This document shows, piece by piece, positions 54,301 to 64,000 of a stretch of DNA of 64,000 bases (the first letter of the stretch is position 1; each line of letters starts with the position of its first letter). A program made the translations under genes and the position numbers. A model generated the notes under the pieces. That model was not told where the DNA came from, did not search any database, and saw only the letters and a program-made list of their open reading frames with translations. This stretch comes from Podarcis vaucheri (Eukaryota), in NCBI GenBank assembly GCA_965113315.1, contig OZ220371.1; one strand, given 5' to 3'.

Positions 54301-57300
54301 ATAAACATTTTATATTCTTAAAAAGAGTGAATGGGGAACACAGAGGTTCATTTTACATCATAGAGAAGATCGGAATCTGAACCACAGTCTGGAGCAGAGA
54401 GATGCAGAAATGCACTGGATTTTTTAAACATCACTTTGTTATATACAGTATATAAGGCTAATTCTGGGGCCCATGTACACCCCTAGAAAACATTGCCATA
54501 CCTGTCATGCCAGCATTCCAGCATTATTTTGCATTGCTTGTTCTTGTTTAATGATTTCATATTTTTAGCAGACCAATTTAATTTTTATCAGTGTCAAGCT
54601 AACAGTGCCTCAGTTCTAGTTGCTGTTGCTTCGCAGATTGCACTCCTCTGTATTCAGGTATTATTATCATCTTAATTAAAATAGTTAATCATTTTCTATT
54701 AATCAGTAATGAAGGCTTTATATACAAAAGAGGAGTATTATTTGTTTTATAAGAGGACGTTATAACCATACCCACACAGACAAAATGGCTTTCCCTACTG
54801 TTTCTGCAGAATAAGTGTAGACAAGGATTTAAAATGGGAATCAGCTAGGCTTTTGTACACTTTTGATATATGCATGCTCATAAAAGCATTTTCTTGGGAG
54901 CAGTCATATTATATAAGGCTTCTTAGAGGTGGCCCTGTAAACTTGATTGTGGATTCCTAATAGATTTAAACAATGGGATCATATTACAGCAAATTGTCTG
55001 CATATTGTATTGCAAAAATTAACACATTATACATTAAATGCACATTGTGTGATGTGGCACTATATTTCCACTATACTGTGGTCTGAATAGGGCTTGCAGC
55101 ACAGATGGCCCCCACTGTTGATATAAAATATATGGTGACACGTCCACCATTCACACAATCCAATGCAAGCCTATTTACCTCTGTGGTATTACGTGGCATA
55201 GAGAATTTTGCTTCACTCCTTCCCCATCATGCTGAAGTATCATTATGACCCACTGCAGAAAATAAAGGAAAAGAGACAAGCAACACATCCTGTTCCTTTT
55301 CTGCTTTTGTTGCCCCTCAAAAGAGGGAATATCTCTCTGCACTGGAAAAATGCCCATCTCCCCAGAAGACACCCATATTTTCTCTCCTTCACTTGGCAGC
55401 AGAAGTAAGTCTTCTTGTTACTTTTCAGGCTTCAACCTCTTATTGCTTCTGGAACATGTTTGAAGTGAGCCTACTTTATTTCAAACCATTTCTCAACCCT
55501 GACTGCGGAATGAGAATGGGCCAAGAGGAATAAGCTGTGCATATGTGGCAAGTATAAAGCAATGGGGGAAGCAATAGCTTTGTTTTTTGTGTGATTTTGG
55601 ATTCCAAAAAGGAAAGTAACATCTTTCCCTGTCTCGCCAAAGTAACCATCACACCCAGTGACTTCCCATGGGACTACTGACTCCGGTCTTCAACAAGTTA
55701 GAATTTTGACAATAATTAAGAATTCGATTTGGCTTTCGGTCTCTTGTAAATTCCCACTGCCATCTGGAAAGGCGGCTTTCTGCTGACAGAATGGAGCAGA
55801 TGTAAATTCATTGAAAAGTAATTTATAGCAAAGCAAGGTTTGTATGTAACCAGTAGAGATTTTCTGCAAGCGCCACAGCATTGATTTCTATGCCTTCTGG
55901 ACAGAGACAGACAGCTTGACACTCCAGATGGTTCTGGGTCTCATCAGCTTGGATAATTATTACAATAGCCAGGGATGTTCTATTCTAGAGCATCTGTGTG
56001 GCATGATTTTTAAGCCCCCCAAGGTTATTGCAATTAGTATTTCTTACTCAAATATTTGTGTTAGCATTTAGATCTCATTTAAACATGACCCCCATGTACG
56101 GAAGGAAAATGTTCCCATGAGGTACCCCATATGCCTGGCATCTCGTCTACCTTTAAATCAGTTCACCTTGCCTGTATCTGCAGTGCTAGCATGTAATCAC
56201 AGCAGCCCCAGCGGGGCCCTGATTATTACCACCAGGAGCGAGGAGTAAGGTACCAGACTCTCTCAGGGTTGCTGTGCTGTTTCCTGGACTAATATAAGCA
56301 AGAAGAAGTTGCCGATGACCCGAAAAGGGACCAGATGGGAGATAGGGGCCATCCACAGAACACACCAGACCATTCATTTAAAAAAAACAAACCACTGTTC
56401 AGATAACTTACCCTACAGCAAGTTCAGTCCCAAAACCAGAACGTGCGAATTCTCCCGCTTGAGTCATGTGACCCATGCAAGATCACAGAATCCAAAAGAT
56501 ATGTGTGTTTTTTTCAGGGCCGTGCTCTGCCCAAGATCACAGCCCCAAGAAAGTGCTGGGACTGTGGGGGGGGGGGAGAGTGATCCTGGTGCAAATTCAC
56601 ACCAGAAATGTAAAAATGGTAAATGCAATGACCACCGTCAAAGAATGAAGTGTGATGAAACACCAATACCTCTAAATTATTTCATTACAATTAAAATGGG
56701 ATTGAATTAAAAATCGCCCCAAGTTTCCATGCAAAACACCCCCTCTTAATACACATTCAGTTCACCTGGAAATTATAGGAATGACTTTCAGGTGTAATTT
56801 GGAGGCTTTAAAAAGTTTATTCAGTAAATTAGTTTATCTGAATTAGTTCATTCCAAGCACTGACTAAAACAGAATGATTAAAGAAACTGAAAAAGAGACT
56901 CAGCGGATGATCATCTTTAGTATAGGTCAATGTCACTTCCAGGCTCACATTGACAATGCTTTCTACAGAGAGAGAAGCTATGTAATATAAATAATCTTCC
57001 AATTTCAGATCCCCCTTATATGTCAATATATATATATATAATGGTCTATGGAAATTAGTGGTCATTTAATTTGCTTCATTACATACTTCTTTGGTGAATT
57101 GCCACTGATTATAGTGATATCACCTTACCTTGATGGATTTCTTTAATCTATTTTACCATAAGGAAAGAATAATTCTATGCCATAGTCCTTTACTAAAGTA
57201 TGCACACTATTGATCCTAATGCGACTGAACATTCCTATCGCTAAATGCTGCATTGCAGCTAATGTTTCTTTGTTATTATTCATTAGGCACAGTCTGTTAT

Positions 57301-57917
57301 ACATTGTAATGTATATTAGTTAATGTATAGTGCTTACAAATGTGTTCAAGACCCATTTATACTGAAGGGATGGTGAGAATGGAGGTAATTCCAGATTTGC
57401 TTTCTACAATTCTCTATTTGAAGTGGAAATTCAGGGATTGCAGGGAAATAACCTCCAGCCTATCTGCCATAACACAGTGGAAAGGTTCTACATCTCAAAT
57501 GATTAAATTGACATTTGGGGGACTTCTGATGCTACAAGGTGCAAACTGTCAAGCAGCTTCCTTATACAGGACTTTTTAGGCTGCTTATTTTTCATCATAT
57601 CCACTCAGGGAAATATACATCCTGACCTTTAAGCTACTTCTAGAAAAGGAGACCTTATGCCACTAGTTATGTAAGAATTTCAAATATGTATGACTGTGGT
57701 CCTAAACAGATTTACCTGAAAGCTAGATTGGGGGGGGGGGTTGTGTGTTGCTATCAATAAATGTGTTTAGGTTAACTCCTTTGTTTATGGAGACTGGTGC
57801 CACACTTCAGTTTAAGCTGAAATAATTATTCCTATATAATTAACTGCAGACCAACCGGCACATCAGTTCTTAATATTTCCACCAATCCATCTGTTGGCTT
57901 GTGATTTTGCACTGGTA

Positions 57918-57971
<54 letters not shown>

Positions 57972-58016
57972 CCCATCTAGCTGGGTTTCCCCAGCCACTC
58001 TTGGTGCCTCCAAGGA

Positions 58017-58057
<41 letters not shown>

Positions 58058-58375
58058 TGATAGAACATTAGACATTAAAACCTTCCCTAAATAGGGCTGC
58101 CTTCAGGTGTCTTCTAAAACACAGATAGTTGTTTATTTCCTTGACATCTGATGGGAGGGAGTTCCACAGGGCAGGTGCCACTACCAAGAAGGCCCTCTGT
58201 CTGATTCCCTGTAACCTCATTTCTCACAGTGAGGGAACCACCAGAAGGCCCTTGGAGCTGGACCTCAGTGTCCAGGCTGAGTGATGGGGGTGGAGATGCT
58301 CCTTCAGGTAGACTGGGCCGAGGTCATTTAGGTCAGCAACAACACTTCGAATTGTGTCGGAAAAGTACTGGGAGT
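57918..58375 (-). mobile_element. L2-clade LINE 3' fragment with (TAT)n and (AAT)n arrays
   Basis: Aligns by eye to the L2 segment at 59365-59616. Confidence 0.82.
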
Positions 58376-59340
58376 TTATTCCAACCTAGAGTCTTACTTG
58401 CTAGGGCAACAAGCCTTTGGACTAATCCACAAGACATGTTTCCTTTACTATACAGTAAATATGCTCTAATCTGTTGTCATGGCATCCACTTATAAGTCTT
58501 CCTGTTGGATTTTTGTCTGTGTTATCCAACAGACAGAAATATAGCATACTATGTGTTTTGGTAGTAAGTGGCAATATTTCCCTCAAAAACCGTATGCCAA
58601 TAACCACCTAGGTGTTATTAATGGTGTTCACCTTCTGGGGCGAGGAAGACTTTCTTTTGAAATTTCTTTCACTTAAACTGCCAGTGAGTCCTTTTAGATC
58701 TGTAACTGCAGGTTAGATACGTGTGCTGAATGGGTGGAAAGGGGAGAGGAAGAAATGACAGAATACCTGGGCTGAGCAGGTTCCTGGCAACTACATAATG
58801 AGAACACTCACTGTTATTAATACCCATCTTCCATTTTGCTTTCTCTCTCCTTGTTGGAATAGGTCCTGGGAGACCTAAGACATTTATAACTCTAGCCAGG
58901 AGCAGCCATACCAGCAATGAACAGTTGCCATCCAAGGACCACCAATTGCTGGTTATTTGTATATGTGGGATCTAAAATTTAACTCATTTAAAGCAAAGGT
59001 TGTAATCCTAAATTAAAATCTTTTCTTGGCAAGTCTTGATACAGCCACAAACATTACAAACACAGTTTGACATGACTTACTCCCTGCAATCCCATTGCTG
59101 TCCACGTTGGGATTCTGGAGATTTCTTTCATCAGAGTTTTTGACTACCACCTTGTGAGTTTTATATTTTATGGATGATGAATGAGTTCAAAGAATCTTGT
59201 AAATATTAAGGAGGAAAATGTGCATACACATAGGAAACAAAACTGAAAGGCGATATATTCAATGTTATTGCTGGATTACCGGAGGGGCGGGACGTGATAC
59301 TACAAAGGCAGATGTTTGATATGATGGCCTTAAAGCTACC

Positions 59341-60080
59341 TTGTTGTTGTTTAGTCGTTTAGTCTGGTAGTTGTTGTTCTCTTTGACATCTGGTGGGAGG
59401 GTGCTCCAGGGGGGGGTGCCACTACCGAGAAGGCCCTCTGCCTGGTTCCCTGTAACTTGGCTTCTCATAGTGAGGGAACCGCCAGAAGGCCCTCGGCACT
59501 GGACCTCAGTGTCTGGGCAGAACGATGGGGATGGAGATGCTTCTTCAGATATACTGGACCGAGGCCATTTAGGGCTTTAAAGGTCAGCACCAACACTTTG
59601 AATTGTGCTCGGAAACATATTCTTGCCATCTCATTTTTGACCACATCCAGCTTCCCAAGGTTCATGGTTCTTACATTCCAGGTTCCTATGCAATATTTTT
59701 CTTTACAGCATTGGACTTTCCTTTCGCTTCCAGGCATATCTGCAACTGAGCGAACTTTCGGCTTTGGCCCAGCCGCTTCATCAGCTCTGAATCTACTCGT
59801 ACTTGTCCTCCGTTCTTCCTCAGTAGCATGTTGGACACCTTCCAACCTGAGGGGCTCATCTTCCAGCGTCATAACTTTTATATGCCTGTTGTCTTTGTCC
59901 ATGAAGTTTTCTTGGCAGGGATACTGGAGTGGCTTGCCGGTTCCTGCTCCAGGTGGATCACATTTGGTCAAAACTCTCCACTATGACCTGTCCATCTTGG
60001 GTGGCCCTGCACGGCATAGCTCATAGCTTCTCTGAGTTCTTCAAACCCCTTCACCACGACAAGGCAGTGATCCATGAAGG
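59341..60080 (-). mobile_element. Chimeric retroelement: BovB 5' end + L2 fragment + BovB 3' tail
   Basis: RTE 5' UTR and ORF start (YCIGTWNVRTMNLGKLDVVKNEMAR) fused in frame to L2 FRAQFKVLVLTFKALNGLGP; tail GACTAAACGACTAAA(CAA)n; TSD AGCTACCTT/AGCTAGCTT. Confidence 0.88.
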
Positions 60081-61022
60081 AGCTAGCTTACTGTGAGCTA
60101 ATTCATTCTTACATATCACCAAGAAAAGTACATAAAACTCCTTTCTAATAATAACAAATAAATATGAAATATTACTTAACTGCTAATTGCTATGCAGTAG
60201 TAGAAAAGAATCTTGGTGAACCACAGCCTAGACTGTGAATTGGTAACAATTATTGATATGTATGTTTGCTTTTCTGTTTTTTATCTACAAGATACACATT
60301 TACACATGAAGCTCAACTTTATTTGCATTTCTTCCCTTATTAATTGATGAGGAATGGTTGAAAAAAAGTGGATTTTTTTTTGTCACACTAACTTGAGATA
60401 AAGTGTGGTGAAAAGAAATACCTGTGTGTCTGGTAAGTGAAGGCTGATGCATGCATTCAAGTCACCACTTGATACAGTCATCAAGTGATGAGTGCACATA
60501 TTTGAATGAGCCCTTTTCCCCAAGTGCTTCTAATTAGGCTTTATTTCACAGCCCAGAAGATTAAGGCTGAAATCCTGTGTCCACTTGCTTGAAAGGAAGC
60601 CCCACTAAACTTAATGTGACTTCCTTCCAACAAGCAAATATTTGACACCTTGTGTTACTTTAGAGACTTTGTTTATCTAGTGTGCTCCTGGTTATTCTAA
60701 TTCATCGGGTGTTCCCCCTCATGTCACTTAAACCCTGTGTAGTTGAAGAATGCTTCCTTTTATCGAGACATAATGTCTGGCTTGTGTTTTTCCAGAGGGA
60801 AGTGCATCTCAGTATTCAAAAGGAACGATGAGCTTGCATTTCCTGCAGGAAGCTTTCATTTTAGCAAATAACATGTCAGAATGATCACAAAGCAATAGGA
60901 AGCCATGACTGACTATCGCTGTGCTAAAATGGTTTGACGTAGAGCACTACCAGTCCCCTCGCATTACAGCTCTCCCCTGCACTCCCCAAGGCCACTTACT
61001 GACACCAAGCATACATCCAGCT

Positions 61023-61069
61023 TGTTTTGTTTTGTTTTGTTTTGTTTTGTTTTGTTTTGTTTTGTTTTT
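61023..61069. repeat. (TTTTG)n microsatellite
   Basis: Direct reading. Confidence 0.95.
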
Positions 61070-63783
61070 GTGGTCAAGCACAAAGCAACCCCTACCCTTG
61101 ATCCTCAATATCCTAGATTCTCCTGTCTCAGAGGCTGTTGCCCGTGAGTGTGGAAGTACGGTAAGCTTTATTCAAGGCTTGTGGTGGCACAGGTCAGACT
61201 ATAGTGTCCAAGAGCAACAACAGGGGATGGAGACCAGACAAAAGCTACAGAGATGTCTTTAATGACTGGTCACATCCTTCCCACCAGCTTTTGAAGGGTG
61301 TGAGAAGGGTGTGCTCACTCGCAAGACTCTCTCTGCCCATGCACTTGGAGGGTCATGCTTCTCTGAGGGATGTGGGTCTGTTGGCAATGATGAAGGGGGG
61401 ACAAGGGTCAGCTTCTCTTGCTCCTTCTCTCCAGTTCTCTGGACTCCCCTCCCAGCTGACTGGTGCCCTCCCGCATTACAAGGGAATCTCTCCACTCAGT
61501 GGATAAGGCTAAAACTACTTTCAACTCAAGTCAGGGTATTACTTTCTGCTGAATTTGGAAAAAATATTGCATTGTGCTAGAATTAATATAATTCATTATT
61601 TATGATGCTCCGTTGTGGGGGTTTTTTGTTTTTAATTCAAAGTGCCTTTTTGTTCTTATTGCTTTTTATAGCATTTCTAAAGAAGGATAATGATATTTTA
61701 ATATGTTCTTTCAGCAAAAGTGCCCTATATAGCTAGCTTCCGCTGTCTCCCTGAAGTCTAAAAGCATGTTCCTGTAAGAACTTTTGTTTGTTTGTTTTCC
61801 TTATGTAACAGTAGAAACTCGCCCTCTAAATGAAAGCTGGAATTGTAATCTGATGGAAAGTGACAGCCCAAGATATTTTGCTACCTGAAGCAGAGGGCAA
61901 GTGCTGACCCTGCCTCTCCCTGCTAGGGTCAGCACTTTAAAAAGTCTTGCCACACTACCCACACACCAGAGCCTGCCTTCACCTATAATTACTCCATAGG
62001 TGTCATCTGAAGCAAATCACTTCACTCATCCATCACATCACCTGTCACATGCATGCATTCAACGGCATACTGGAAAATAAAATTTCATGTAGGGTGTTCA
62101 CACAAACACACTTCATATATTGCACCTGGAGGTCATGCCACCACCAGCTACAATGTCAATCTGCATGCAAAGCAGCCTAACATGTACATAGAGAAGCTCT
62201 ATCTAAGAGGGGGCCCTTGATTGTTCCAGAATTCCCTTGTAACAGGAGGCACTGTACATGTGTAGGCCAGAACGCAGATTGGGCTAAGTCGCATGCTGGC
62301 AGAGGAAGTGTGTGTGCATGTGGCTGATGCATGCATTGGTGAGATGTGTGGTACCAAGTATGACTCCATCTCTGTTTGGTGCTTGAACTTTGAGCTGAAA
62401 TCTGAGGCGAAAAAGAACTCCCCTCCTGTCTCTCCTCCCAGTCCCACCTACCTTCCTGGCAGCAGCTGTGGGAACATCATGCTCCTCCCTTTCCCATTCT
62501 TCCTGGAAATTTAAGCACTGTTTGGGCTATATTGCTTGTGCCAGCCATGCTGAGAAATATCTCCTAGCATCCCTTGAGCAGACAGCATTGACACAGTAGT
62601 GTTTCATCCACTATGAAGGGGAGGGGAGAGATGAAAGAGGAGGTAAAGGAATGGAGAAACACAAAACACCCACATTCCTTGTGGTCAAAGAAGAGTTAGA
62701 GGCAGCAGAAAGGGCTACTAACAGCAGCAGTCAGGTAAGAGGTTTTGGAGACTCAATGAGTTGGAGGAGGAGGCTACTAAGTGAAGATTTCAGCAGGAAT
62801 CTGAAATGAATAACAGTGACACTGCCCCACTGTTATTTGAACAGTGGTGTCTTAAGTAGCACTTCAGAGACAACTCTTGTATGTCACATTTTCCTCCGGT
62901 GGCAACATGTGTTATTATCTGCATTCAGAAATGTTCTTGTATCTAATTCCCCACAGGTCCTGATCATAATCTAGTCTATCCAGTTATGTGTGACTTTTAT
63001 GGATGACTTCATCAAAAGCCAGATGCTCTCTTCCACTGGAAGAGTACCCAGAGGGGAACGAAACAATCCACAATGTACAGAGCTTTGAATTTGTAGCCAT
63101 TTAGTGCTTATTTCCCACCGCATATCTAGATTCGTGAACAAACACATCTACTGGGAATTAAAATGTATCACAGTTAAGATCCCTGCAGGTATATTCAGGA
63201 ATTCCTACCCCATCCCTCCAGAATGTGTCCATCTACAACCTTGCTCATATCACTGATTTCAGTGGGACTTAAAGATTACATAACTTGTGCTGGGTTGCAC
63301 TTCAGCAGCAATCCTAACCATATTTGCCCTTGATCCTACCTAAATGTCATGGGAGCCCTGTGGATATATAAAGGAAACTGGGTATCTTGCAGTTTCTAAT
63401 ACACTTGTGTTCCTGGATCTGGCACTGCAACTGGATAACTGTGAGCCTGATTTGCATGTAAAACTAAGCTATGTTTGTTTAACAAACCAGAGTTAATGAC
63501 AAGTGATTCCATGGACAACCTAAAAACTGTGGCTTGTTTTGTTTTCTAACCACTCTTGCCTCTACCCATTGATTCAGTTCACGGTTTGTTGGCAGTAGAC
63601 AAACCATTGTTCAGTCAATGGGTAGGATTCACACAGGTCACTAAGCTGTTCATGGTTTATAGGCCATAGTTTAGCTTTATGTGCAAACCAGGTCACAGGG
63701 CATTTGGACATGGGGAAGGAAAATAAACAGCTTTTTGAAGCAGTCTATAACTTATTGTCATCATTGCCACACAGTGCCTAGAT

Positions 63784-63918
63784 CAGCCTTTTTCAACCTG
63801 TGGGTCCCCAGATGTTGTTGAACTACAATTCCCATCACCCCTAGCTAGCAAGGCCAGAGCTCAGGGATGATGGGAGTTGTAGTTCAACAACATCTGGGGA
63901 CCCACAGGTTGAGAACTG
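63784..63918. mobile_element. Palindromic hAT-type MITE, same family as 26183-26318
   Basis: Fold-back TCAACCTGTGGGTCCCCAGATGTTGTTGAACTACAA/TTGTAGTTCAACAACATCTGGGGACCCACAGGTTGA. Confidence 0.87.
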
Positions 63919-64000
63919 ATGGCGTTATGGTGGTTTTAAAAAAAGATAAAATATATTTTGTATTACACTTAGAGTTATTGTTTGTCAGGTTTGAGTAATT

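Overview
Vertebrate genomic DNA, most likely a squamate and probably a lacertid lizard (inferred from Sauria SINE, BovB, POM-like and Squam-like SINEs). It carries GRIA2 (AMPA receptor GluA2) on the + strand from intron 2 through exons 3-13, the flop/flip region, exon 16, the terminal exon and the 3' UTR (17-exon rodent numbering), followed by about 19 kb of TE-rich intergenic DNA. Visible exons have canonical AG/GT ends and the expected lengths and phases. The Q/R editing site with its intron-11 ECS and the R/G hairpin are intact. Three N-runs fall where the flop exon, the flip exon and the short C-tail should be. Best leads: (1) a 41-nt candidate poison micro-exon in intron 13 whose 3' T forms a stop codon with each downstream exon; (2) a TSD-flanked BovB-L2-BovB chimeric retroelement with microhomology at both junctions; (3) a tandem pair of minimal hammerhead ribozymes in a Penelope-type insert; (4) unusual GluA2 substitutions (CxxC in the ATD-LBD linker, reciprocal G448R/R684G, A665Q, long tail ending -TDLL); (5) a genomic G at the mammalian +60 editing hotspot. 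Mammalian comparisons and repeat family names are from recall, not from searches.
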